The notes under the pieces were generated by a model. The model was not told where the DNA came from and searched no databases. It saw only the letters and a program-made list of their open reading frames with translations. The translations under genes were made by a program, and so were the position numbers. DNA of 54,969 nucleotides, the filler included, from Sphacelaria rigidula (Eukaryota), in the NCBI GenBank assembly GCA_964200075.2. It is 6 parts of 6 records of this genome, joined end to end, with 100 filler letters (N's around TTAATTAATTAA, not from the genome) between each part and the next. Parts side by side here need not be neighbours in the genome. Positions count along the whole stretch, not along the records: positions 18,358 to 27,435 come from CAXNAA020009355.1; positions 27,536 to 36,613 come from CAXNAA020009356.1; positions 36,714 to 45,791 come from CAXNAA020009357.1; 3 more parts are not named here. One strand, given 5' to 3'. This document shows, piece by piece, positions 25,659-37,757 of the stretch. The stretch's first letter is position 1, and each line of letters opens with the position of its first letter.

Positions 25659-26590
25659 ATACCCGGGACAATACAATATCTTCCAATATGATATCAATAC
25701 TTTATATTGAAGGTAGTGCGAAAATTGGCCTTTCAATATATGTTATGTTCAGATGCCCTCGGGGACATTGTAGCGGCAATATATGTTTCTCGTCTCATGA
25801 TCGCAAAGTAATGCATGGCGATATATATTTGACACGTTTTTGCTCCGGAAATTGAACGTTCAATAAATATATTGTGCATGCCGGCCGTGTATATATTGAT
25901 GTGTCAATATATATATATATTGAGTCGAGGCGATGCATAGCATATTGTTGTCACAATATATATATTGAGCAAAAAACATGCAAGAGTATTGTTTTTCCGA
26001 TATGTATTGCACCCGCTCATCGTATAGCTGTTGTGCAGCCAATGTATATTTTACACGTTCTCGGAGGACTATATTGAGTGTTTTCGGCATCTGGTGATAT
26101 TTCTTTCAAAAGCGCCCGCGAACATGAAACTGCCCACTATACTAATTCCTATACACTTTCCAATGTACGTAATGAATCACCAATATGTACTGTGACGGTC
26201 GGCTCCCTCGTGTATTGTTCGCGCAATATATATTGGACGCATCAACGCACGACATATTGGGGCGGCAATATATATTGGCACTTCGGGTGTTGAGTATCTT
26301 GAATCGTCAATATATATTGACCTCGTGTGGCAGCCAATATATTACTCGACATATATATATATATATATACTATATTGGTGCCTTGCCGCACCAACATACT
26401 ACTCGGCAAATATATATTGAGGTGGCGCGTGTCGTGATATGTTGTGCGGTCGATATACATTGCACATCGCCAGCCTTGACATATTGATGACACAATATAC
26501 ATTGACTTGTCTCTCTTGCCATCATATTGCTCGCCCAGTATATATTGACCACGCGACGCGTCGACATATTGAGCGAGCAATATGTATGTA
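25659..26590 (+). repeat. Phased 42-43-bp CAATATATATTG / CATATTG array with non-repetitive spacers (cluster 2, ~17 units)
   Basis: Motif starts at 25734, 25777, 25819, 25861, 25905, 25954, 25998, 26040, then 26181, 26224, 26266, 26308, 26350, 26407, 26451, 26493, 26536 and 26578. Confidence 0.85.
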
Positions 26591-27057
26591 CATGTATCAT
26601 TTCACTTTTTCCACCACTTTTGCCGAGTTTCCTCAGGCGGCAAGGCATCATATCACTCGCTTTCTTTTGCAGTGCACGAAGCAGGTGCAGCGGTACATTA
26701 CCTTTCTGGTTTGGGTGTAATCTAATACCTGTGGCGCGTGTTCTGACCATCGAAAGTCGCCCACGCTGGCTCTTTTTCCTGGGGTGTCGATCCCGAACCA
26801 CGAAAGCCTTCCTCAAGATCGTGGAAAACTTCAAACAAGAACCACAAAAACCCGCTCATGGCGGGTATTTTTTCACCGTGATTTTCTTCGCGTTTTCGAT
26901 GATTTGGGAACACGAAGACGGCGGCTATGCAGCGAATGTCACGAGAATATGGGAGCAAAGTAGTAAAAAACAGCTAGACATTGCCTTGACTTGGTCAGCA
27001 GCAAACAGGAGTCGAATGATCTGAGACCCCTCATCATTTAGTTTTGATGTGAAGCCT

Positions 27058-27361
27058 CCAAGGGTAGGTCGAGTAGAGTATACTCAATACTCGGTATTTT
27101 TGAAGAGTCATACTTTTTACTACTCAAAATTCGAGTAGAGTATTGGAAGCCGTACTCAACGTACTCAAAATTCGAGTAGAGTATTTGAGACCATACTCGA
27201 CCTACTCGAAATTTGAGTCGAGTATTGAGGTCATATTCAAGTGATACTCTATACTCAAGTATCAGTGAGAGTGCTTACTCAATTTTTGAGTAGAGTATTT
27301 GAGGTCGTACTCGACTCACTCGAAATTTGAGTAGAGTATTTGAGACCATACTCGACCACTG
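27058..27361. mobile_element. MITE-like element built of ~41-bp TACTC...GAGTA palindromic units
   Basis: Ends ggtcgagta / tactcgacc are inverted; units start at 27121, 27162, 27203, ~27277 and ~27318. Confidence 0.7.
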
Positions 27362-27435
27362 TCGCCCCGGTGGCTCAGTTGGTAACCTCGTAACCTTCTG
27401 ATGGTTGAGTTGTGGGGTTCGATTCCCGGAGCGAT
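27361..27435 (+). mobile_element. tRNA-derived SINE head, cut by spacer
   Basis: A box TGGCTCAGTTGG, B box GGTTCGATTCC, stem-loop aacc-ttctgat-ggtt; second copy at 41479. Confidence 0.75.
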
Positions 27436-27535
27436 NNNNNNNNNNNNNNNNNNNNNNNNNNNNNNNNNNNNNNNNNNNNTTAATTAATTAANNNNNNNNN
27501 NNNNNNNNNNNNNNNNNNNNNNNNNNNNNNNNNNN
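27436..27535. other. Artificial spacer 3
   Basis: Identical, a further 9178 nt downstream. Confidence 0.98.
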
Positions 27536-27989
27536 AGGTCATCCCCGTTTGCAAATTCATTCGGGATATCCCCAGCGCATTGGAGTAGTAATCCTGGCGT
27601 AATTTCACATATTTTCATAGGCCGTGTTTTGGATTAGATGTAGGGCTCCTAACAATTCTAACCTCAGAAAATAATTGTGCACCCCTACCGTAGCATTACT
27701 CCTTGCATTTGGGGGGTGTATAGCGCGGTTTGAGGTAGTACTTATGCCTCTCACGGTGGTAAATGGCCGTCGGCTGGGAGGTTCTCTCTCATGATAGAGC
27801 TGTTGACAACCTTGATGCCATCTTGCAGCACTACTCGTACCAGTGTGCTTTTGCCTGCTCATGTCGAGTCAACGCGTGCCTGTGCGGCGCAATCGCCTAA
27901 CGTAATTCCACCGCATTTCGTGAAACGAAACGTCATCAAACATGCTATCGCACAACGACACGAGACGTTCGCGGTACTCAATGCAGTAC

Positions 27990-30900
27990 AATAGCATCAT
28001 CGCCAAAACTTCGCCAATCGACCAGCGGAGGTGCCGTGCATTGCCAGGTTGGTCTGCAGTTCACAGCGATATGCTCGAGTCGAGCTGATTTGGTAAACTT
28101 GACGAGTTATGGTTGGAGATGCAAGTGCGGGATGTACTGCTGGCCCAGCTCGTACTTCATTTGGAGACAACCTGGTACCCCTACTGACAGTATGATGGTG
28201 TGCTGAGATCAAAGGCATGAGGGACTCGTCCCAGTTACTTTGATCGTCCACCACCAAAATTGACAGCATTTGACATAAATAGTGATTAACCCGCTCCACC
28301 ATCCCATTCCTCTTAGAATGATGGGAGCTGGTGAACCGTTTTACAGCGCCTATCATTTCGTACACCAACCTACACACTGCGGAAGTGAACTCCGACCCCC
28401 AAACCGGCAAGAAAGCGTGCGGATAAATCCATCGTGGCACACAATCCCCCCCTATGATTGCAGCACACTCGGTTGCCGAGCGCTCTTCAGGGATGACAGC
28501 GCAGTAAGCTTCCGCGTGCGTACTGAACAGATCCACCATGAGGAAAATATGACTGTCACCTCTCTACGCTTTAGGCAGAGGGCCTTAAACAGCAAAAGCT
28601 AACATCTGCCCTGGTCGACTGGGTAGTGGCAGCTGAACCAATGGCCACCGCACCGCAAACCGATCAGGTATCTTGGCCTGACATGGGTAGCAGCGCCGAA
28701 TCCAGGATTTCACACTTTCCTTCATGCCTATCCACCAATAATATTGTTGCAGTACAGAGAGGGTCACCTTCCCCTACAGGTGCACTGCTTCTTCGTGCGT
28801 TTGGTCCATCACCCAGGGCCTCAGCGTCAAAGAAACACAGGTTATCACTGGTTCTTCCCCGAGGTATCGCTAAACAAAAAAAACGGATTTCGATACTTCG
28901 ACTCCACTGGCGCGGTGGTCAGCATTTTTACTGGAAGTTCGCTACAGCCCGCCAGTTCTATCGATTCTTCTTGTCTTAACAGAGCCCTCAAATTATTTAC
29001 ATCGATCCCGCCATTCGCTGATTTTTCCTCTCCTTTCGAGGTTACTGTCTTCCCCTGTGAGAGGCACTTGGTAGCCGTTCGAGCGGTCAAGTCAGTTAGT
29101 TGGATTTGCGCCCAGTCACTTGCTGACCTGGCACACAATCGCTCCCCGAAATTTCATGCTTCCGCCGCCTCTAAAGTGGGCGCGGGAGTATTCGAACCGT
29201 CCTCTTCACCCGATCCAGGATCACCATCCGTGATTACAAACCTTTCTGGGCCCGGCGTCTCGTGTAATGAATATTTTCCCACTTGGGTCACGGTGCAGGC
29301 ATGTAAGCACAAACCCGGCTCCCATTGTTGACACACCATATCGGACACACTCGGGGAGAGAAGCCGCGAGTCATCCTTCACCACTTGCAGATCCCTTCCA
29401 GTCTACGCTAGATATCTTTGACTTCAGCTTCTCTTGAATACGTTCCCATCCAACGTCCGTTACCTCTGAAGTTGTCAGCGGTGCAACCGAGTCCGCCCTC
29501 AGCCCACTGTGAAAATTACTCCGGAGAGAAAGTCCATCCAGGCTGGAAGCACGGGGACGAGAGAAAACCGAAGGGAAGCCCATGCAAGCTGGAATGGTGG
29601 CGGGTTCAAAAATCTCGCGGCACCACACCACTGGCGCCGATTAAGTAAACATCCACATCAGCAGGGTCGGAGATTTGGAACCGTACACTTCATCTTCCTC
29701 GCTATCGAATTAAGTGAGCCACGATAACATGTCGGCGTTCGAATCGGACACCCCAGGTTTGTAAACATCTGATAGGTGTAGGCACTGACAAAATCTTGCC
29801 AGCGCTGGACCCTCAGCACTTCCTCGGCAAGACTGAACAAACTTCGCAGAGGTTGATGATCGCTGTAAATTTGGAAAGTAATTCCAAAAGAGCAGTGGAC
29901 GGTTTCTCTGAACAGTCCACACAATAGCACCCGCTTCCACCTCGGTGGCAATCCAGTTGTGCTCGTCAGGCGGTGTGCTGCGGCTCAAAACACGCAGCGG
30001 TCGCCCATCACCGTCGGAATGGCGTTGCTCGACCACCGCAACCCAACCATATTCGCTAGCACCCGTGACCAACATGCAAGGACGACTACCCGACATCGCA
30101 CCAGCGAAATCAGGAACATACCAAACGTTCGAGCCAGATAACTCCCCCAGAGTTTCGCGTACCGTGTTCTCATCTTCCGGCGTGATATGAAGCTCGACAC
30201 CCTTTTCCAACAACCCGTTGGTGGCCTTGGTGCGGGCCGATATTTCGGAAGTGAAATTGCGATAATAACTCACCCCCCCCCATGCCCGGACGCAATTCAC
30301 TGACATTGGTAGGTATCGGCATGAGGCGCAGAGCGTCTACCTTCTTTGAGTCAGGCGAAAATGCGTCATCCAAGATACGGTGGCCAAGAAAACTGACTTC
30401 CCCAGCGCCTAAGTGAGTCTTGTTCGGCGCCAATTCCAGGTTGAATTTGGTGAGGCGCTTCGAAAACGGCGGATAGATCGTTCATATGTTCGGCCCCATT
30501 GTTTTTGAACTTAAAACAATCGTCAGTGTACAACCGGTAACGCACCAGACCTTCACACACCCTAGCCATGACGGATGCAAACCACCCTGGGCTCCCACTA
30601 CATCCCATCGGCATCACCAACCACTCGTACAGCCTAGATTGCGTACACAACGTGGTAAGATGTTGAAATAACCTGACGGAATATCCAGGTAGGTCAATAC
30701 CTTGGCACCCTCGCGGTCGTCCGACAGCTCATCGATGGTAGGAATGGGCAGAACAGGAATGATGATGGCCTCGTTGAGAGTACGATAGTTACCCGTCAAA
30801 CGAGTGCCCCCATATTTATTGTTAACAACCAACAACGGGGAGCTCCAATTGGAATAGGAACGACGCAGGAGCCCAGCCACTAACAAATGTTCAATTTCAA

Positions 30901-32925
30901 CCCGTGCCTTCTGTTCCGTAGCTATGTTGTGACGGCACGGCTGTTGTTTGATGGGGGTAGCCCCCGGCTTCAGCTCGATTTTGAACGGATTAACCTTACA
31001 GTACCGACAATTTGTTCGTGACATCGAGAGTAGAGGGTACCATTGAGAGTGAAAAGCGGTCAATTAGTAAATGTTTTAGTTCCGAAATGCCCCTCCACGA
31101 GGCCCGATATACGTCCTTGAGTAGCTCGCCACTGAGGCCCTTGACATCCCTGAGTAGGATATCGACGTGAAACTGCAAGCGCACGCTAGTAATGGAGGCA
31201 AAGAAAAGCACATCCGGGATAAAACATTGGCTGACTTGAAGCGTGTGATCAAAGCCAATCCCAATCAGCACTCTACTCATCCTCACGTCAACCTTGTTTA
31301 CCCCAAATCCATTATATCGATCGAAAACCGGTGAGAGAATTTGCACAGCACCTCAGGCAATTAATCAGTATCCTTCACCTGCCAATACTTGTCTTGTAAA
31401 GCGAAAATAATGTTTTGTCAGTGTAGCGGAGTACGACCCCGAAACCGACACAAAACGGCACATTTTCTGAACATAATCACCAAACATGGCCTCCGGCGGC
31501 TCCGGTTGCTCCGGCTCAACTGCAAAAACGGCAGTCGATGCCGGGTCCGACAACCTGGGAATCCTTGCATCGTTGAGCAAACAAGGCACCAACGGTAGCC
31601 CAGCTGACCCCAATTTTATCCCCGGCAAAGCCAGCACACACTCCACATCTGTGAAACGCAAAGGAATAATTGGATCCCCCGCTTCCACAACCATTTTCAA
31701 GGAAGGCCAGCCCGCGACGAAATACACCTAATACTGACCCTGCGGGGCAGGAGCCCCCCAGGCGTACGCAGTGTGACGGAAATCCACGTCAACTCGTGCG
31801 TCACAGTCTGCTCAGTTTTCCCCGGAAAAACCATGACCACCTCCCCATCAGACATCGTCAACTGTTCAATCGTGCTCCCACGGCGTTTTGAACCCAACGA
31901 TCAAACGAGGTGGGTCCAATAACCGGAGCGGGCCCCGCGAGCGACATGATCGTTTTGACAGCACTAACATCGCGATAAGAGAGCACCGGAAACTGAGCTA
32001 ATCCATCGCGACCCAACAGCACATCAAGAGACATAGTACCCTCCGGGACAACATGTGCGTAGGTCGCGAAGCAGGCACTCGTGCCTGAATTCCGACCTTT
32101 GCGTGAACCGTCCACAAAACGGATATCAAGGCGTACCTGCGAGCATGTTTTCAGAGTCACGCCATTGAACCCGCCCCACGACACAGGATCAATATACCGC
32201 ATCGCGTCCCCCGATCCAGCCCCATACTCGACCATAGACATCCATACCTTATTCAGGATAACCGTCGCAGGGCTCCTACTCTCCAGCAAAGCCGAGCAAT
32301 CCCACATGCGAGTCGCCTTAGGCCTGCCAAACATCCTAACCCCTGCCGTGTTTCTTGCACGATCTACCTACACATACCCGCCCGAAACCTCGGTTATTTC
32401 TTGGTGAAACGAGCCTTGCCGTCCGCACGGAACCTGACAGGGAATGGGATTGGGGGTACGAAGGGGTGGACATTCAATTGTTAAACGATTTCCCGACGGG
32501 TCCAAAGCCTAATTATGCTCCTCCACACAAGTCGGACTACTTTCGTCAAGATTACCTGCCACACATCGTGCAGGGCGGACAGTTTCGCATGTCCCCGTGC
32601 CTCGGGAGGTACTGTACGGTTTCGCGTGGTCGGGTACATCAAGCGCACTGTGTGGCACAGAGCCCGCAGTGGTCTCCGAAGTGACTTCCTCCGAACGTGT
32701 ATCTAGCTGGCCTGTCCGCCGAGATCCTCCGCAAGGAAAGTCAATCAAAGTCTGGCCCACTCAAGTCTGGCCCGGAGCTAGAGAGAGCAGACCCAACCGT
32801 GGTAGTGCATGAAGCCGCCCCCTTTTCTGGGCGACGACGCCGAGTACAACGAAGGCCCGTGCGCCGTGGCGCGACAGGCCTCCCTCATCCTGGACGGATT
32901 CAACTGCTGGGCTCTCTATACCATG
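27990..32925 (-). mobile_element. Decayed Ty3/Gypsy LTR retrotransposon (PR-RT-RH-IN order)
   Basis: RT: YSNWSSPLLVV, YRTLNEA, YEWLVMPMG, LYTDD. RNase H: GASEYGW, ATEVEAGAIVW, IYSDHQPL. Integrase: YYWWIGM..CYPCQ, NGMVERVNHYL. PBS-like CA|TGGTATAGAGAGCC at 32910-32925. Many frameshifts. Confidence 0.92.
31008..31296 (+). mobile_element. ~285-bp MITE (family A, copy 1) inserted in the Gypsy pol region
   Basis: Homologous to 36181-36478, 39618-39912 and 45723-45791; inverted ends cgtgacatcgagagtagag / ctctactcatcctcacg. Confidence 0.8.
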
Positions 32926-32984
32926 TGATGATATCATCACATCAGGATCGTCCTTATCCCCAGCGTCTGTCGGACATGAGAAGC

Positions 32985-33460
32985 GCCGCCTATGAAACAT
33001 ATTTGCATGGCCTAATGAACGCTGCGAAAAAATTGAAACTTCGATCTCGGATGGGGGACCTGGACCTGCCGGAAAGAAGGAAGAGATTCAGCAGTAGTCG
33101 AGAGAAGAAGGAAGTAGATGCACAGAATTGCCCCTGTGGCAAAGCGATAGAGAGCAGAAGTCATATAGTGGCAGAATGTGAACTACACAAGGAGGAATGG
33201 AACGTGCTAGAGGGGGAAGTATGGAATGTGAACAAAGGTGTCATGAAGTCGTTTGATGCATTAGACAGTAGCGAAAAAACGATGGCTATATGCTAGGAGA
33301 TGAATGGTGGCCACAGGCGGCGAATCAGGACGGGGATAAAATATGTAAAACGGTTTTGTGTTATGTATTGGAAAAACGTAATCAGCGCCTAAATGTTGGG
33401 GGTGTCTCGACAGGGATGCGTGGTCGATGGTCAAATGACTAAGGCAAGTAACAAATGAGT
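32985..33460 (+). mobile_element. 5'-truncated LINE 3' fragment, same family as 17549-18257
   Basis: YLHGLMNAAKKLKL...CPCGKAIESRSHIVAECELH zinc knuckle. Confidence 0.8.
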
Positions 33461-33833
33461 ACGCCACGCGCAACGCACACATTGTAGGGGGTCGCCACAG
33501 GGTCCCCACAAGGTCTCCCCTTTCAGAAGTTGGTCGCAGGGTGTAGCAAAGTGATCCACGCATGATAATGACTTGTCCCAGCTGTTGTGTGCATGCGGGG
33601 GGCTGTGAAGTGCCGTGAGTCGGCCTGCTCCCTGCGTTGAGAAACTCGAGATGAAAAGTGCTGTAGCTGTTGGATACTGGAGCAAGTTAATCGGGGATTG
33701 TAGCCAAATGATACCAAGCCGTAGGTTTTAGTATAATCGCATGCATGATTGGAGCAGTGGCAGGGGGCAGGGGATCCTGGATTGATGACCCTTTTCTGTG
33801 TGGCCTCTTGCTGTCTGGCTCGTGATCTGTCAA

Positions 33834-33951
33834 GGATCACTCCGAGATAATAACAAGTTAGAATGAAGGACTTATCGAGCGCGAGGCCAGTGATACTGGA
33901 GGAGTTCCTCGTTGAAAGTCCTCTTGTCCAGATCGTCTGGCAGAGGCTACA
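33834..33951 (+). repeat. ~118-bp dispersed repeat; second copy at 35802-35919
   Basis: ggatcactcc.agata.taacaagt...ccagtgatactgga...aaagtcctcttgtccagatcgtctggcagaggctaca is present in both copies. Confidence 0.85.
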
Positions 33952-34199
33952 ATATCTAGATATTATTCTCGGCACTCTGTTGGCGGAGTTTGACTGAGGA
34001 GAAGGGGGCACAGCTGGAAGCCAGTTTGGCCCGCAGACGGGAGGAGACCAACTTGAAGCGCACAGCTGTGGAGGACGCTCCAAGGGCTGGAGGACGCAGA
34101 AGTATAGAAATAGTCTTCCCGTGAAGTGTTTGAATCCTAGGTGACATGGCTCAAGCGTCGGCAGCGCCGCTGGTGTTAGGTAAGCCGCTAGACCCGCCA

Positions 34200-35800
34200 A
34201 AGTATGGCGAGGTCTGGATCGAGGAAGTATCAAGAGTTTTTTACACCGCATATCTCGACTACATATAGCGATTGTACCTTGAAAATGCGCAAGGAGTTGT
34301 GAGGCATGCTAAAGTGAGCACAGGACAACCCATCCCTACATACATACATCGATGCTTTGAAGGCATGATCGTCGTGCCATAACTCCCGAAGAATGTCTAG
34401 CAGCATGCCGGGTACACCACAACCGGTGGGAAACATAATACTGCGCGGACTGCAGCAGATCTTCGTAGAGTGCTTACAATGTAGCAAAGTGGTGAAACAT
34501 CCGTCAAGGATAGAGCGATGATGGTCAACCAACCGATAGGGACGTTTTACGCTGAAAACCTGACGGTGCAAGCCATGTACCGTGCAGAGGACAGGAGCTG
34601 GTTGCCAGACCCGGCCGAGTCGATATCCACAGCTTTCGTGGACGGGATTTCGCCTCCGGACTCCAAGGCGTATGTCAAAAGCGCAGTCACATATGTAGAC
34701 GGTTGGAAAAATAATTGGACGGTGGTGTTCAACAAGATACTTGATGCCGCCGATCACTCGAAGTTCACTGAGGCGCATGGCCTGCGCGATTCTGCGGTAG
34801 GTGCAGGTGGTGCGCGCCGCAAACAACAACAGCAACAGAAACAGCAGCCGGCTTCGCGAGCGTCGTCTACTCGCGCATGTTACAACTGCGGCGACAACGG
34901 ACACTTGATCAAGGATTGCCCCAAGCCTCGCGCTCAAGGCGCTGCTCAAGGAAATGCGCGAGATTCAACAGGATCTCGCGGCGGTCGTCACAGTGTACAG
35001 GGCCGTGCCCACCGTGGACGTGGCCGCGGCGGCCGCGGTAGCAAGCAATCGGCGGCGGATGATGGCTCCTCCGCAGCTGTTTGTTCCACTACGTCATCAG
35101 GTGGTGACTCTACATCTTCTGGTTTGTCCGTGTCGGGCGGACAGTGTACGTGGAAGATACAAATACTTCGGTGGGGAGTGCTGGAGCGAATAGTTCGCAA
35201 CCCCTCGACCAGGCAGGATCCGTGTCTGGTGCATCTCCTTCTTCTGCGACGGCTGTAGCGGCGCCGTCTGCATATTTGGTGACGTGGTCTGAGTGGACCG
35301 CCGATTCTCAGTTATCGATGCCAAGTACTGGAGCGCAGCCCTGGCGTCGGGCGACTCTTGGTGCCGACCAGGCTTCTTCGACAGGTGTGGTACCTGTTGA
35401 TCGCAACGCAGAATGTTTACGCGTAGATCTTTCCTTGCCTGGTTCCGTAGGGCTGTTCATGGCCCGCGTTATTCTGGATTATGGATCCGCGCTCACGTCA
35501 ATCAGTGTGAGGTTACCAGAACAAATGTCTCGGGAGTTTGGCGGCACCCAGCTGCAGATTCCGATCGAAAATGAAGTGCAAACGGCACTGATCGCCACGG
35601 GTGCTTCCGTGACGGTTTCTCATAAAATGGTGCCGATTGCTGTTAGCGTTCGTACGCCGTGGGGGCTGTGGAATTGCAGTCCATCACGTTCGCTGTCATG
35701 CCCGGCAGGGACAACATGGCTGTGTTTAGGATGGCGACGATGAAGGAGCCCGAGATTGGTTTGTATCCTCTGGCGTTGGATACGTTACGCCTGCGTGCTC
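34200..35800 (+). mobile_element. Second LTR retrotransposon remnant: gag with CCHC knuckle plus aspartic protease
   Basis: CYNCGDNGHLIKDC and an RG-rich segment in ORF 34518-35258; ARVILDYGSALTSI (protease D-x-G) in ORF 35144-35743. Confidence 0.8.
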
Positions 35801-36180
35801 TGGATCACTCCCAGATAGTAACAAGTGAGAAGAAACGACTTGTCGCGCACGAGACCAGTGATACTGGATGAGTCCCTCGTCAAAAGTCCTCTTGTCCAGA
35901 TCGTCTGGCAGAGGCTACAGGATGCAGCTTGTGTTCTGTTCGCCCTCTGCTCGGCAGAGGCGCGACCACCTGACGACGTGTTCATTATTCCTCCGATCCT
36001 TTCGTTTTCAGAGAGAACGTTTTGTTGGTCGTTGTAAGATCCCTTCATTCCCACCCACAACAGTGTAACAAGCGATGGCCCAGGATAGGTATTTTCTCGG
36101 TCGACTGGTGACCCAGAAGGTACGATTAAATGATTCCCGGACCAAGTATAACTGGTCGATATTCTGCCTAGGAAGAATAA

Positions 36181-36478
36181 CGACGTTCCCGTCAGATTGA
36201 GAGTAGAGGATACGGTTGCGGGTGAAAATCGGTCAATTAGCGAATGAATCGTGAAAGTTCCGAATTGCCCCTCCACGATGCCCGATATGCTTTCTGTAGT
36301 ACGTTGCCGCTGAGGCCCTGAATATCCCTGAGTAGAATGTCGAGGTGAAGCTGGAAGCACAGGCCAGTGATGGAGGCAAAGGAAAGCACACATGGAATGA
36401 AAAAGTGGCTAAGTTAAAGCGAATGATCAAAGCCGCTCTCAATCAGCGTTCTAATCTCAATTTCACGAAAAAACAGCA
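36181..36478 (+). mobile_element. MITE family A, copy 2
   Basis: Alignable along its length with the other copies; inverted ends. Confidence 0.8.
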
Positions 36479-36613
36479 AATTGCGCGAATTTTGGTTTAA
36501 CTCTGAAATGAGCTTCAAGCCTAAAACAATGCTTTCCCCACACTTTCAGCGATGGTGCTCAATGACGTTTTTGTTGCCCTAATGCCCCTCGATCGCGTAG
36601 ATACTTTTTCAGC

Positions 36614-36713
36614 NNNNNNNNNNNNNNNNNNNNNNNNNNNNNNNNNNNNNNNNNNNNTTAATTAATTAANNNNNNNNNNNNNNNNNNNNNNNNNNNNNNN
36701 NNNNNNNNNNNNN
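36614..36713. other. Artificial spacer 4
   Basis: Identical, a further 9178 nt downstream. Confidence 0.98.
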
Positions 36714-37099
36714 GTCCTCGGTGATCTGGTCCTTCCGGAACGTTCCTACCTCGTCCCTGCTTGCACTGGGTCTGTATACATGTGTGATGTCACTGCAAAG
36801 GGATATCTCCCACATTTCCCCCCCCTTAATGCGCCGGAAGCCTGTCGAGGCTATGGCTGGTGGGACGAGGCGATCATCAGCTTCGCTGATGATATAACCA
36901 TGGGAGTATCCTTGAGTGACTATCATTGATTACGTCACGCCACCACTACTTCACAAAGGCAGCCCTTCTCTATACTGTGGTATTGAGCAAACACCTCCTT
37001 TTAGCCACCTGAGGTCTGTAACAGTGCATGTATTGCAAACCCTTTTTATTTCGGTTTTCTGTCATGAAGTTGTCATATGTGACATGTTTCCATCAGATA

Positions 37100-37757
37100 T
37101 ATTTGCACTTGGGTGCTAGTTGCATCTGCTGGTATGCATGACTGGGCACTGGGACACTGATCGGTCCACGGGCGCCTGGGTTATTCCTGCCCGGGTTCTG
37201 GGATACCTCGGTTCCGCGGACACTCGAGTAGGCTTAAGTCTCGGCTTAGTAACACGGCGGTGTTGCAGATACATATATATTTTTTTCTTCGCCTGTGAGC
37301 ACTGTGCTCTTTTGTCTAAACCCGGTCTAAATGACCTTTGCTTCTTGTATTGTGTCAAATAGATGCATCATGAGTGACACATCATTGATGGGATGCTTTT
37401 TGCACTTTGGTGCAGGCTGCACCAGTTAGATATACCTTACTAGGCACTGGGACACCGACTGGTCCACGGGCGCTTGAGGTATTTCTGCCCGGATTCTGGA
37501 ACACCTCTGGTTTCACTGACACCGGAGTATCGGAATAAGACCTCGCGTTAGTACCAAAGCGGTGGGTCTGGTGTTTATCTTGCGAGCATTGTGCTCTTTG
37601 GTAAAATATCGGCATGTTATTTGCTTCGTATCATTGGGTGGCATATACGTGTGTCCCATGTGATAATCCACAAGATGCGTTGCACTTTGGAGCTGGATGC
37701 ATCTGCTGTTCCTACATGCCTGGGCACTGGGACACTGATCGGTCCACGGGCGCCTGT
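37100..37757. repeat. Diverged tandem repeat, ~280-300-bp period, about 2.3 units
   Basis: ggcactgggacac.ga..ggtccacgggcgc.tg at ~37146, ~37443 and ~37724. Confidence 0.8.

Noticed and set aside
25659-27361. Bona fide CRISPR arrays
   Set aside because: Eukaryotic context, repeats of only 7-12 nt or fully tandem units, and no cas genes; kept only as phased arrays.
27361-27435. Functional tRNA-Gln(CTG)
   Set aside because: Acceptor and T-arm geometry are abnormal, and the second copy continues into a SINE body with tail and TSD.
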